A DNA stretch of 64,000 nucleotides, taken from the IMG/VR virus record IMGVR_UViG_3300037549_000096. One strand, given 5' to 3'. Positions 1-10,124 of this stretch are shown in pieces. This DNA comes from a virus. How positions within the stretch are numbered: position 1 is the stretch's first letter; every line of letters starts with the position of its first letter. The notes beneath the pieces were generated by a model. That model saw only the letters and a list, made by a program, of their open reading frames with translations, did not search any database and was not told where the DNA came from. The translations under genes were made by a program, and so were the position numbers.

Positions 1-475
1 TACGCGGAATTTCATTCTTCCAGAAATAAGGTTTTGATTTTTTTAACTCTTCAATACGCTTACCAATAATAGTAGAAAGATTGCCGATTAACTTACGTTC
101 ATTATCTGTCTGAATCTTATTTCGTTCATTTAAAGCGTTTAACGTATCTCTTGGAACAGTAATAAGAAAACGAGCAAGTGTTTCATTACCTAATCTAAGA
201 TAAGTATCTTGAGCGCATGTACTATTAATACCTACGCTTATTGAAACTGTAATAGAAACACTATCATAGATTAATACAGCTTTATAATTAACATAATCAC
301 CATTAGGTGTTAGTTCAAGAAAATCAAAAGAGTTAGTAATTTCTTTAGAAAATACGTTTAATAAATCTTCTTTTAAATCTCTAATTTTTAGCAATCGTTG
401 TTCCGCGAGTAATGCTTCTCGCTTTTTATTGTCTTCATTTATTTGTAAAGCTGCATCTACTAATGGATTAGACAT
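1..475 (-). CDS. hypothetical protein, 3'-truncated by the window edge
   Basis: Hand-translated from ATG at 475 (MSNPLVDAALQINEDNKK...); open to position 1; overlaps the stop of the upstream gene. Confidence 0.7.
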   Translation of the reverse strand, partial: MSNPLVDAALQINEDNKKREALLAEQRLLKIRDLKEDLLNVFSKEITNSFDFLELTPNGDYVNYKAVLIYDSVSITVSISVGINSTCAQDTYLRLGNETLARFLITVPRDTLNALNERNKIQTDNERKLIGNLSTIIGKRIEELKKSKPYFWKNEIPR

Positions 476-950
476 ACCTTCTCTCAATCATATCCCAATA
501 AAGATGATTTGGATCACGAGTAATAACTTCGCCAGCAATAAAAGTCCCATTTAAAAGATTAGTTTCGACTTCTAGAAATCTAATAATACTAGGATCATTA
601 GGATGATTAATAAATACACCCTTAAATTCTTTTTCTTTATTTAAAGCCATGATTCCTGGCATTACCTTTAACTCAGGTGGAGAAGGAACCATTTTACCTT
701 CTGCACGTTGTTTAACTCTTTCAATAAAATTAGTTAAACAAATATCTATACCCGCATCTTTATTATCACAAGGAATAATGGTTGGAACAAAATGATCCAT
801 AGGAATATTTGTATTCCACCAAGCCTTACAGCCCATAATTTGTTCGGAAGTAATGCCATAATCATTATAAGCTTGTTCTAATGTGATTAAAACATGTTCT
901 GGTAAATAATAAAATAACTCTAAACCATCATACCAAAAAGGTAGACTCAT
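468..950 (-). CDS. hypothetical protein
   Basis: ORF track; start moved to MSLPF (GGAG RBS, overlaps upstream stop). Confidence 0.7.
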   Translation of the reverse strand: MSLPFWYDGLELFYYLPEHVLITLEQAYNDYGITSEQIMGCKAWWNTNIPMDHFVPTIIPCDNKDAGIDICLTNFIERVKQRAEGKMVPSPPELKVMPGIMALNKEKEFKGVFINHPNDPSIIRFLEVETNLLNGTFIAGEVITRDPNHLYWDMIERRYV

Positions 951-1588
951 AGATTCTCCACAATCCATTTCTTGAATTCTTCAAATGAATTAAACTCTGC
1001 TTCAAAATGATCAGGAACAGCTTCAGTTTTAGCATTAGCGTATTTTAAGCGCAAAGGCATTAACAAAGATACACTAATTCTAAATTTTCCATTCTTTACG
1101 AATACGCTAAAACCTCTAGGCTGAGTTACATCCTTACTATAGTCTATTTTGTTCCCAGGTTCATTAGTTCGTGGACTCAAGAAAATAGAAGTCATAATAT
1201 GATTTGAGTTTAAAGAATCAAATAACAACTTACCTGTAGTCTTAAGATCTACATCATCGATAAAGAAGTTCATCGGTTTAGCAATTTTAGGAGATTCAGG
1301 TGAAGTTAAGAACTTAATCTTATCTCTATCAGTTACTACCCAATCAGGATAATCAATTTGGGTAAGATCAAGTGAATTACCAGTAGTAGTTCTAATCTTC
1401 TTTTCAGGTGGAATAATATTATTACCGTGAAAATATTGTCGAGTTTTCTTAATTTTCTTAAAAAGAACAAAACCTTCTAACGATTCTTCCAACTCACTAG
1501 CATCAAAATCTCTAAATCTATCAGTCAGATCAGCAATTGTATAACAACCCTTGTCAATAAACTCAAGGACAGGTTTGAATTCATCCAT
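947..1588 (-). CDS. hypothetical protein
   Basis: 213-aa ORF, coupled to neighbours. Confidence 0.75.
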   Translation of the reverse strand: MDEFKPVLEFIDKGCYTIADLTDRFRDFDASELEESLEGFVLFKKIKKTRQYFHGNNIIPPEKKIRTTTGNSLDLTQIDYPDWVVTDRDKIKFLTSPESPKIAKPMNFFIDDVDLKTTGKLLFDSLNSNHIMTSIFLSPRTNEPGNKIDYSKDVTQPRGFSVFVKNGKFRISVSLLMPLRLKYANAKTEAVPDHFEAEFNSFEEFKKWIVENL

Positions 1589-1922
1589 TTGTAAATCTCC
1601 GTTTTATGTAAATAACACATTCTTCATAATTTTGAAATATGATAGTATCATCTTGTTCAAAGTTAAGTTTAATTAATCCATCCCCTACTTGAGAAAATTC
1701 ATATTCACCATCTTTCAATGATTTATCTAAATTTAAAGGTAAACTATATTTTCTAGCTCTACCTTTACCAGTAGGGATTAGTTTGTTATTTTGAACAAGA
1801 ATTTGAAACAAAGCTTTATTAGAATCCGTATTAGGAATTGAAGCTTCTAAAAAAAGCTCTGTCTTGCTTAAGGCTTTACCTTCAGCAAGCGCATGTCTTA
1901 TTCTATCGAATACTGAAAGCAT
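1581..1922 (-). CDS. hypothetical protein, possible winged-HTH DNA-binding domain
   Basis: LSKTELF...LVQNNKLIPTGKGRARKY resembles a wHTH wing; start moved to MLSVFDR. Confidence 0.5.
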   Translation of the reverse strand: MLSVFDRIRHALAEGKALSKTELFLEASIPNTDSNKALFQILVQNNKLIPTGKGRARKYSLPLNLDKSLKDGEYEFSQVGDGLIKLNFEQDDTIIFQNYEECVIYIKRRFTNG

Positions 1923-2424
1923 TTCGCGCTTCCGTTCGGCGTTTAGTAGCTGCTGCAATTGAACCGATATAACCAAGTTTATTCAAACATTGAGTGCAAT
2001 ACATTCCATCATTTTTATTATGATCTATATAGTGAACTAAATGTGTTTTATCTTTATTACAACTATGGCAAGTATTATGCATTATTTTATAAGAAGATTT
2101 AGTAATTGAGATCAACAAAGACGTTTCAATTAAAGCATCAATATCTTGTTCATGAATAAAATATTCTTCTAAAGACATTTCAATTGTGTCATTAAATACT
2201 TTAATCTTTTTGCCTTTTTGGGTTAGTTGAACAAAGTTTTTATTTTCTTCATTTTTCTGAATAAGATTAGCTTGTTCTAAACTTTTTGCATAACTAGGAT
2301 TAATCCTAATCCATGTATTAGAGCCAGGAAAAGCTTCTGCTTGTTTAAGTTTTAAAATAGATTTAGCAATGTTTAAATTTTGGTCATCAATGTCCTCGAT
2401 CCAGCATACGTCAATAGTAATCAT
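1903..2424 (-). CDS. hypothetical protein with C-terminal Zn finger
   Basis: CHSC...CTQC. Confidence 0.65.
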   Translation of the reverse strand: MITIDVCWIEDIDDQNLNIAKSILKLKQAEAFPGSNTWIRINPSYAKSLEQANLIQKNEENKNFVQLTQKGKKIKVFNDTIEMSLEEYFIHEQDIDALIETSLLISITKSSYKIMHNTCHSCNKDKTHLVHYIDHNKNDGMYCTQCLNKLGYIGSIAAATKRRTEARNAFSIR

Positions 2425-2930
2425 TCTGTTTCAGTTACAATAGCAATGGCTTCGAGAAGCATTTCATTACTATAATAATCACCAGCAAATTCAGAATAAA
2501 TATAAGCAGGATATTCTTTGACGAAATCTGCCATTACTTGAATTGAGGTAAGATAAGAATTATAGCGATGAGTTAACTTCATATTATTAGAAATAACGTT
2601 TTGAGTATTCGGAATACCAGTTAATGCAACATAACGAGAAATGGCGTAACGAATAAGATTCTCATTCTTATAAGTCAGATTTTCTTCTTCATCAACGGTA
2701 ATAAAACTAAATACACTTTCTTTACGTCCAAGGTTAACTAAAGCTGTCCAACGTTCATTTTCAGGATATGTGTCATCACTAATGAATGTATTAACAAATT
2801 CATCTATACGTTTATTGTCATGTTTAATAAGTTCAACTAATTGAATTAAATTAGTTTCTGGAAATTTAGCAATAATCTTAGACAAAGACATATCACTGTT
2901 AATTGAAGCTTTGATTGCAACATTATTCAT
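2421..2930 (-). CDS. hypothetical protein
   Basis: AGGAG RBS before MNNVAIK. Confidence 0.7.
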   Translation of the reverse strand: MNNVAIKASINSDMSLSKIIAKFPETNLIQLVELIKHDNKRIDEFVNTFISDDTYPENERWTALVNLGRKESVFSFITVDEEENLTYKNENLIRYAISRYVALTGIPNTQNVISNNMKLTHRYNSYLTSIQVMADFVKEYPAYIYSEFAGDYYSNEMLLEAIAIVTETE

Positions 2931-2996
2931 GTTAACTCCTTGGTTATTATTAAATTTAGGTATCAGTTGTATTAAATTTTCAACCATTTTATACTC

Positions 2997-3572
2997 CTAA
3001 CGGATACCTAAAGACAAACGCCCATAAATAAATAAAGTTGCCAATGAATCATGTAAAGCCCGGTGTGCTTGTTCATTTTTGTAGCCTAAATAGTTTGCTA
3101 CTTCACCAAGTTTCATAGATTGAATGGGCAACTTTGCGGCTTTACTTTGTTCTAATGTACAACGAATTACAGATTCCCATTGATTAAAGTTCATTCCAAT
3201 TCTGAAAAAGTTATGTCTTAGAATTCTTGTATCAAATTTAGAATTATGCATTGTAATGATTTTTGTACCATCTAACCAATCTTCAAACTTTGAGAATACT
3301 TCCTGATCTTCAGGAGCATTTATTACCATATCATTTGTTATTCCCGTTATCTCTGTAATCTTTGGAGGAATTGGAATACCGGGATTAACCAATGAACTAA
3401 ACTCAATATAATTTACACTCAATCCATCGTAAATAAAACCAGAAGCACCAATTTCTATAATGCGAGCATTATTAGAAAAATCAGTACATTCTACGTCAAC
3501 TGATACAACTTTAGTTATATAAGGATTTTTATCAAAGAATTCCTCATACAAACTTAATAGTGCTGGGTTCAT
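2997..3572 (-). CDS. dnaQ: DEDDh 3'-5' exonuclease, DNA pol III epsilon-like
   Basis: DVECT (ExoI), HNSKFD (ExoII), HRALHD (ExoIII). Confidence 0.92.
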   Translation of the reverse strand: MNPALLSLYEEFFDKNPYITKVVSVDVECTDFSNNARIIEIGASGFIYDGLSVNYIEFSSLVNPGIPIPPKITEITGITNDMVINAPEDQEVFSKFEDWLDGTKIITMHNSKFDTRILRHNFFRIGMNFNQWESVIRCTLEQSKAAKLPIQSMKLGEVANYLGYKNEQAHRALHDSLATLFIYGRLSLGIR

Positions 3573-3592
3573 GTATAACCCTCCTTATTAAT

Positions 3593-3620
3593 AGTGTATA
3601 CGGAATCCATAAATAGTCAA
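3593..3620 (-). promoter_or_regulatory. sigma70-type promoter for the dnaQ operon
   Basis: TTGACT-16 nt-TACACT. Confidence 0.55.
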
Positions 3621-3621
3621 G

Positions 3622-3651
3622 AAAAAGGGGAGCCCGAAGACTCCCCTTTTT
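3622..3651. terminator. intrinsic terminator (bidirectional-type)
   Basis: AAAAAGGGGAG-loop-CTCCCCTTTTT. Confidence 0.85.
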
Positions 3652-3667
3652 CTGTAAACCGAATTAT

Positions 3668-4198
3668 TTATTCAGTAACTGCCTCAACTTCAGGTTCACC
3701 AGCTTCTTCCTCGCTAGTAGGAAGATCGATGCCCATCTTTTCGCAAATCTCAGTAGCCTTAGCTTCGGAAATCTCGACATAAGCCTTATAAACACCTTCC
3801 TCAAGGCGAGGAACGCCAGCCATCAGATCACGAATCCAGCTAGAATCGCGCTTACCAGTCTTATTAGAACGATAAGTAATGTTAGACTTCAGTTCCTCAA
3901 CGAATTCAGCAACACTAGGCTTCAGTTCAAGCACAGTGGTAAGAACCAGTTCAACATCAGTCTGTGAACGCTTGCTAACCAGACCCTCGCTACGACCTAC
4001 GCGAGTAATTACGGCGTAAAGCTTCTGCTTCGCCTTAGTAGCATTCAGATTGAGCTTGTTAGCAAGCTGATTAATAAGCTTCTGCTCATTAACGAGCTTG
4101 ACCAGACCTTCAAAACGGCCTTGAAGATCAGACTTAGCCTTGCGGGTCCGACGCTTTGCGGCAGGAGCCTTAGAAGTAGTAGCAGTAGCAGTAGCCAT
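3668..4198 (-). CDS. probable abundant DNA-binding protein
   Basis: Basic N-terminus (KAPAAKRRTRKAK), acidic tail, GGAGG RBS, own terminator, higher GC. Confidence 0.5.
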   Translation of the reverse strand: MATATATTSKAPAAKRRTRKAKSDLQGRFEGLVKLVNEQKLINQLANKLNLNATKAKQKLYAVITRVGRSEGLVSKRSQTDVELVLTTVLELKPSVAEFVEELKSNITYRSNKTGKRDSSWIRDLMAGVPRLEEGVYKAYVEISEAKATEICEKMGIDLPTSEEEAGEPEVEAVTE

Positions 4199-4269
4199 TA
4201 GTGGCCTCCAAAATGGATTGTGGTGGATGAAAGTGTAGTGTCTGCGTGATTGACCCTACACAATAAAGT

Positions 4270-4842
4270 CTACGCTTCAGAGTCCTGTGAAGCAAGACAA
4301 TTTTTAGAAGAATAGAACAATCCGCCATTTTTAGGCGGAGTTGGCAAGCCGAACTGCCTTTTTTGATAACGGCCTTCATATACTGCGGTATTACCAATGA
4401 GGTCTAAAAAGGTGAACTGACCGATCCTCATGCCCTCGTAAATGCGGATTGGATTGGTTGATACCATTTCGAGGGTTACAGAACCATCAAAGCCAGGATC
4501 GATCCATCCAGCGGTTACATGAACAGTTAGACCTAAACGGCCTATAGTAGATTTTCCTTCTGCTGTTGCTACTATATTAGAAGGCAACTTAAGAGATTCT
4601 ATTGTAGACCCAAGATATAGCTTACTTGGAATCATAATAAAACCATCTTCGGGAATTTCAATCTCTTCCCAAGGCAAGTTAGAAATATCTTTAGCATCAA
4701 TAGTAGTATTTAAAGGTAAACAAAGTAAATGTTTAGATAATCTAAAATCAATACTAGCCGGAGAAATTAGCGCACGTTCACCTCCCATGATGACGCCATT
4801 GTTAATGAATTCATTAATACAATCAGAACCTAAACACGACAT
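4270..4842 (-). CDS. dcd: dCTP deaminase
   Basis: PASIDFRL, EGKSTIGRLGL, TAGWIDPGFDGSVTLE, GMRIGQ, YEGRYQ. Confidence 0.93.
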   Translation of the reverse strand: MSCLGSDCINEFINNGVIMGGERALISPASIDFRLSKHLLCLPLNTTIDAKDISNLPWEEIEIPEDGFIMIPSKLYLGSTIESLKLPSNIVATAEGKSTIGRLGLTVHVTAGWIDPGFDGSVTLEMVSTNPIRIYEGMRIGQFTFLDLIGNTAVYEGRYQKRQFGLPTPPKNGGLFYSSKNCLASQDSEA

Positions 4843-4851
4843 AAGACTCCT

Positions 4852-5898
4852 TTATACACGACACAAAACGCCCATAATTTTAGTACTATCATTTACGGCT
4901 TGAAGTAATCTCATATCTTTTCCAGCACATAACTTTAAAATATCATTTTTCAAAAATAGTTTTGACGAACTAGCTTTGAAAAAATCAGCTACTACTGCAC
5001 AGTTAAAAATTAAATCGGAATTATCTACTTTGATTTGAGTACTGCCTACTTCAGTTATTCCTATTAGTAAATCTTTCTTAAACTCTAATCGAACATAATG
5101 ATTAGGATTTAATACTGATAATTCTTCCGCTTTCTTTAATGTAATTAATTTTTCACAAAAACCTAAAAACTCATCACTACTAATACTTATAACAGAATTA
5201 TTGGTTTTTTGCACTTCACTAAATAACATTTCAAATTTAGGTATAGTTTTAGAAGAAGTAGAAATCATAACCCATTCTTCATCATTTTTAAAATACAATC
5301 TCCTATTATCCACACAATATGCATCAATGTTACTAGTGACTTTTTGTAATAACTTTAATTCTACAGCTATATTTATATCTGTTTCTGTTGTTTCAAAAAT
5401 AGAAACAGAACGAGATAGTTGACAAATATCATTTCCTTTAATTACAATTAAATCTTCAAAGTCTTTATCCATTCCTTTTACAGTTTTAAAGTGCATTCCC
5501 CTAATTGTTATTAATTTTTCCTCAAAATTAGGAGGAACAGGTATCCAGTTTTGAGGTTTTGGTATATAGAACACAGTGTCTACATCCATTATTGGAATAG
5601 CTGCTTTATCTTCTTCATTTTCCATAGAAAGTTTATTTTTATTAATCTTAATTTCTATGTTAGCATTTGAGTCAAATACTTTAAGAGCAGCTTCAAGAGC
5701 AAAAATGTTAACTGCACATTCCATATCTTTCATATCTACACTTAAAATAGTATTAATACAAATACCAGTCATACCATTACTGGCTCGTAATTCAAAAATA
5801 CCATTTTTAACCTTAAATACACAGTTCTGAGCAAAATCGCCTTTTCCTGAAAATTCGCATCCTCTTGTTACAATTTTTCTAAGAACACTACTTAACAT
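4852..5898 (-). CDS. dnaN: DNA polymerase sliding clamp (beta-like), divergent
   Basis: 348 aa, beta-rich repeated architecture, ELRASNG and PKFEMLF segments, C-terminal GVLCRV; replisome context. Confidence 0.6.
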   Translation of the reverse strand: MLSSVLRKIVTRGCEFSGKGDFAQNCVFKVKNGIFELRASNGMTGICINTILSVDMKDMECAVNIFALEAALKVFDSNANIEIKINKNKLSMENEEDKAAIPIMDVDTVFYIPKPQNWIPVPPNFEEKLITIRGMHFKTVKGMDKDFEDLIVIKGNDICQLSRSVSIFETTETDINIAVELKLLQKVTSNIDAYCVDNRRLYFKNDEEWVMISTSSKTIPKFEMLFSEVQKTNNSVISISSDEFLGFCEKLITLKKAEELSVLNPNHYVRLEFKKDLLIGITEVGSTQIKVDNSDLIFNCAVVADFFKASSSKLFLKNDILKLCAGKDMRLLQAVNDSTKIMGVLCRV

Positions 5899-6808
5899 AA
5901 TTGCTCCTAGAAATTAATTCATTTATATATTCTTCTAAATTATCACTTTCAGTATAAGGGATAATTAGAAGAATAATATTGTTTTCTTTTGCATAACGTA
6001 CTTTTGATTCGTCTCTTTCTAATTGTTGTATAAAATCTTCTTTAGTTTTATAATATCGATTAGGATATTCATAATGCTGATAACCATGATATTCAAAAGC
6101 TATTTTACGTTCTGCGTTATAACCGTCCCATTCAAACCTTTGATCAACTTCATAAAATCTAGTTTTTTTAAATTCTATGTTTAGTTTTTGTTCTAATAAT
6201 TGTTTACATAATTTTTCTGTTTTAAAAGAAGCACATTCAGGACACCATTGATTGTAAAATTTAACATTATTCCATCTTGCTTCCCATTGATGTTTTTCTT
6301 TACATTCCCAAATCACATTCGTTGAATTGTTAATGTAATTTTCAGTAATTAAACGACCTTCTTTACTTAATGCATATTCTTGTAAATCTTTTATATCTCC
6401 ACGATACAAAAGACTTAATTTTACATCAGAACACATAGGACACCAAGCATCACGATATTTAAGATTACCGTAATCTGATTCCCATTGATGACCTTGTTCA
6501 CATTCCCATAGTAAATGACTACGTGCATTAACGTATTCGGTAGAAATTAATTTTCCGCCTTTACGTTTTGCATATTCATGTAATTCACTTATATCTATCT
6601 GTTTTTTTGTAGAATTTCTTTCAAATGCACAGAATGGACACCAGGAATTTTTATACTTGATGTTATTCCAGGGTGTTTCCCATTGATGTAATTTATCACA
6701 TTCCCATAACAAATTACTATGTGCATTGATATATTCTGTAGAAATTAATCTTCCACATTTATTTATAGCATGTTGCTGTAATATTATTATGTCTGTTTTT
6801 CGTTTCAT
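5888..6808 (-). CDS. putative homing endonuclease: treble-clef Zn-ribbon repeats plus PD-(D/E)XK/Vsr-like domain
   Basis: Three WEC..H.W...WCPxC repeats; EWDGYN...AFEYHGYQHY. Confidence 0.8.
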   Translation of the reverse strand: MKRKTDIIILQQHAINKCGRLISTEYINAHSNLLWECDKLHQWETPWNNIKYKNSWCPFCAFERNSTKKQIDISELHEYAKRKGGKLISTEYVNARSHLLWECEQGHQWESDYGNLKYRDAWCPMCSDVKLSLLYRGDIKDLQEYALSKEGRLITENYINNSTNVIWECKEKHQWEARWNNVKFYNQWCPECASFKTEKLCKQLLEQKLNIEFKKTRFYEVDQRFEWDGYNAERKIAFEYHGYQHYEYPNRYYKTKEDFIQQLERDESKVRYAKENNIILLIIPYTESDNLEEYINELISRSNYVK

Positions 6809-8007
6809 TCATTTTGCTCCTCATTATCATCTTCATTATCCTCAAGGTCATAAAAACCGGTTTTTGTCGATGATTTCTCAACTAAGTATTTTGTTTGTGG
6901 GATATTAGTTCCCTTAATTAACTTAAGAAAATTAGCTTTAGTCATTTTTAAAGCATCAAAAATCTTACCAGGAGGAACTTTAGCTTCTTCTAAATCCATT
7001 ACAACATGGAAAATATCTGTAACAGATTCTTTCTTTGTATCCTGAATACCAAAACCTTCAGTTTTAGAAATTTCAATATTTTTACCATGATCTAAATAAA
7101 CTTCAAGACTTTCTTTTACTTGCTTCATTTTAAGTTGTAAAGCTTTATATTGTCGTGCAGCTTCTAATGCTGTAATTTCATCTGTAATAATAACATCTTC
7201 AGTAAGAGCATTGCGAACTGATGGACAAATCCCTCTAATTTCGCAAAGTTGACAAAATCCACTTGGTCTAGCTTCACGATCATTAGGATCGTTAACAACT
7301 TCGTGATATTCAGCGATATCAGCTACAAGTTGTTGACGTAATCTATCATAATCGTCTTCTCTTGTTAAAATAATAGGTTCGGTAAGAACGCCATATCTTG
7401 CAAATTCAAAATAAAACTTAATTACTTGAACTTTTGGATATGCTTGGAAAATTAAGAATGGATAATAGTCTTTTTGCAGTTTATATTTCATAACTGTTTG
7501 ACTATAAATCTTACGAGAAGTTTTATAATCATAGACATTAGCAGTTAATTCATCTGTTTCAATCATGTAGTAATCAATTGCGCTAGAGAAATAAGCTTCT
7601 TCACCATTCTCGGGAGGATCAATAACATTTAATCCTTCATCAAGATAAAACCTTCTTTCAATACACGCAATATGAGCATCTAATAAGATGCTATAATTTA
7701 TAAATTCCTTACAGTCCTTCAAGATATCAATTGTTTCCTGATATACTTCGATAGGAACTGAAGCTGCATATTTATAAATAATTGATTCCCAATACTCAAA
7801 GTCTGTAGCACTTCTCTGTGCTAAACAATGAGTACCATAATCTTCAAGAGCATCATGAACCGCTGATCCACGTAATGCAGAACTAGCGATATACCCTTTA
7901 AATTTATCACGATAAACTTTTTGTACACTAAAAGGACAACGTTTGACAGCCTCTAATGCTGAGGTTCTACAGCCACGATAATTGGAATTATTAACATCTG
8001 TCACCAT
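6805..8007 (-). CDS. PD-(D/E)XK exonuclease (RecB/Cas4/AddB-like)
   Basis: CP...GSAVHDALE, IERRF, ID...VYDYKTS, CxxCxxxxxC Fe-S staple. Confidence 0.85.
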   Translation of the reverse strand: MVTDVNNSNYRGCRTSALEAVKRCPFSVQKVYRDKFKGYIASSALRGSAVHDALEDYGTHCLAQRSATDFEYWESIIYKYAASVPIEVYQETIDILKDCKEFINYSILLDAHIACIERRFYLDEGLNVIDPPENGEEAYFSSAIDYYMIETDELTANVYDYKTSRKIYSQTVMKYKLQKDYYPFLIFQAYPKVQVIKFYFEFARYGVLTEPIILTREDDYDRLRQQLVADIAEYHEVVNDPNDREARPSGFCQLCEIRGICPSVRNALTEDVIITDEITALEAARQYKALQLKMKQVKESLEVYLDHGKNIEISKTEGFGIQDTKKESVTDIFHVVMDLEEAKVPPGKIFDALKMTKANFLKLIKGTNIPQTKYLVEKSSTKTGFYDLEDNEDDNEEQNE

Positions 8008-8950
8008 ATGTATCCACTAGGTTAACTAACGGGATTGACAAGTCGCAATAACCTAAAAAGTCTGTTATTACGACAACTGGATCATTTTCATCAGGATTAT
8101 CGTCAGTAGTAGCTATTGATATCTTAGAACGAAATGGGTCCAAAATATTATGATGTATCTTTTTAAAATTCTTTAAAAAAGTTAAAATACCAAAATCAGG
8201 CGAATCTATCTCATAACATACAAGTAAATCATGAAGTTTCCAATCGCTTAACTCCTTGGCGGCACGTTCTTGAATATAAAGAGAATCACATCTTGTACCC
8301 ATATCATGAGCCATTTTTAAATGTTCAGATCCATGTAATCTAATCCATACGGTTTTTTGTTTTTCGTAAAGACCTTCACCATATGAAATATTATCAGGAA
8401 AAATATCATGTAATCTGGATTGAAATTTTAATTTTCTGAATCCATTTCCATTTATTTTTGCTACTTCTCTATCGGATTCTCTCTTTAATTTTTGCGCTTC
8501 AGCTTCTACTTCTTCTAAAAATAATCGTTTCTTTTCTTCGGTATCTTCTACCTCTGAGTCATCAATTTCTGGTTCTTCTTCTATCTCTTGTGCTTCATTT
8601 TCTATAATAGTTTCTTCTACAATAGAAGTTTCTTCTACAATAATATCTTTACTTTCAATATGTTCTTCAATAGTTAGTTTTTCAATAATTATTTCAGTAG
8701 ATTCTTCCTCTTCTTCTATTACTGTATTTTCAGAAGAAATAGGTTTTATCGACTCTGTAACTACTATCGAAACTGCTGTATACCGATTTTTAGTCTTATC
8801 TAAGCGTAACCCGTTAAATTGTTCTGGTAATCCTTTATAAGTTCTACCCTCTAATGTAAAATTAGAAAGAGCCGATATATTATTCGGCTCTTTCATTACT
8901 ACTACAGGAAATTTTTTACCGCTGACTTGGACAGCAAACTTCATGATCAC
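7991..8950 (-). CDS. hypothetical protein with a long acidic linker
   Basis: Glu-rich central region. Confidence 0.7.
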   Translation of the reverse strand: MIMKFAVQVSGKKFPVVVMKEPNNISALSNFTLEGRTYKGLPEQFNGLRLDKTKNRYTAVSIVVTESIKPISSENTVIEEEEESTEIIIEKLTIEEHIESKDIIVEETSIVEETIIENEAQEIEEEPEIDDSEVEDTEEKKRLFLEEVEAEAQKLKRESDREVAKINGNGFRKLKFQSRLHDIFPDNISYGEGLYEKQKTVWIRLHGSEHLKMAHDMGTRCDSLYIQERAAKELSDWKLHDLLVCYEIDSPDFGILTFLKNFKKIHHNILDPFRSKISIATTDDNPDENDPVVVITDFLGYCDLSIPLVNLVDTYGDRC

Positions 8951-8952
8951 TC

Positions 8953-9915
8953 CTAAAAGAGATCGTCGTCAGCCACTGGAACGGTAGAAGCTCTTTCGGT
9001 AGATGGTTCTGAAGTTTTGGGCTTATCTGATTGTGTTTCTACAGACGCCTGTGTACTTGTAACACTTTCTACTGAAGGAGTGTCTTCGTTTTCGTCACCT
9101 TCAGACAGTGGGATGGAAAGTTCATTAGAAAGTTCACTCACAATTGTTTTATCAGCGATATTGCCTCTGATACGTGCCAATTCCTGAATCTCTTTAAAAT
9201 CACCATACACCGTCCCTGTCCCTAATGCAAGCTCTCTCATAGAACAAGGCATTTTAACCTGGACAACGGGCACATTTTGCTTTTGTTTACCACCTTTGCC
9301 ATCGGGAACCATTTGAGATTCCATTTGTATACTTAACAAAACTTCTAAACCCCTTAAAGAGCCTCGTATATTAAACATCATTTCAAATGCTTTTTGCATT
9401 TTACTAATACTACCCCAAGCATTTGTTCTAAACTTCCATACGCCACCAACTACGGGAGCATCAAGAATAAACACGGATAAGATACCATTTGGTCTACAAG
9501 TAGTTTTATAAGGATCATTATTTACTAAACGAAACTTACAATGTTCATAATCACAAGGTACTTCGATTAAAGAACCATTTTGTTGTTTACGAACTGCTGT
9601 AATTCCATTTTCAGATTTACAAGACCATTCTTTTTTACCTTTCCAATCAGCAAAAGAAGTAAAAAATACTTCATCTGGATGATGAAAAGGTAAAACTACT
9701 TTAATAGATTTAGGTTTAGCCCCATAAATCTTTTCCATAGCTTCAGTCATAGGAATATGAATGGGAGCAGAATCCGTTTTAGGGTCTACTTGATGTGTAA
9801 ATAAGAAAGAATCTAATTTAACTGGAAAACCGTTTGGGCCTTTCTTACCAATTGCGATTCTTCCATCAGTCGGCGGTAGAAGAGTTTTACCTGATTTATC
9901 TAGATTTAAACCCAT
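8953..9915 (-). CDS. phiC31 gp3/RDF-like recombination or ssDNA-binding protein
   Basis: GRIAIGKK...PVKLDSF, conserved Cys, GVWKFRT; acidic tail ending DDDLF. Confidence 0.65.
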   Translation of the reverse strand: MGLNLDKSGKTLLPPTDGRIAIGKKGPNGFPVKLDSFLFTHQVDPKTDSAPIHIPMTEAMEKIYGAKPKSIKVVLPFHHPDEVFFTSFADWKGKKEWSCKSENGITAVRKQQNGSLIEVPCDYEHCKFRLVNNDPYKTTCRPNGILSVFILDAPVVGGVWKFRTNAWGSISKMQKAFEMMFNIRGSLRGLEVLLSIQMESQMVPDGKGGKQKQNVPVVQVKMPCSMRELALGTGTVYGDFKEIQELARIRGNIADKTIVSELSNELSIPLSEGDENEDTPSVESVTSTQASVETQSDKPKTSEPSTERASTVPVADDDLF

Positions 9916-10124
9916 TATGAATTCTCCTTTTTCTTAAAGAAAATAGTGATACGATCAATCAATGGCATTAAATGATATTTACCTTTTTCATCTTCATGTT
10001 TACCATGTTCTGAATATACTTTATGAGGAACATTTTCGTCATCTAAATATTCATGTAACTCTTTAGCTTCTCCAACAAAAGTAATATCGTCCCAATGTTT
10101 ACGAGCTTCTAATGATACACTCAT
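9915..10124 (-). CDS. hypothetical protein
   Basis: Coupled 69-aa ORF. Confidence 0.65.
   Translation of the reverse strand: MSVSLEARKHWDDITFVGEAKELHEYLDDENVPHKVYSEHGKHEDEKGKYHLMPLIDRITIFFKKKENS

Noticed and set aside
4270-4842. DNA hypermodification pathway (dcd plus GTs)
   Set aside because: No thymidylate synthase-like hydroxymethylase, kinase or similar gene in the window; dcd alone is ordinary
6805-8007. Cas4-like nuclease as a CRISPR component
   Set aside because: No array or other cas genes; ordinary phage recombination context
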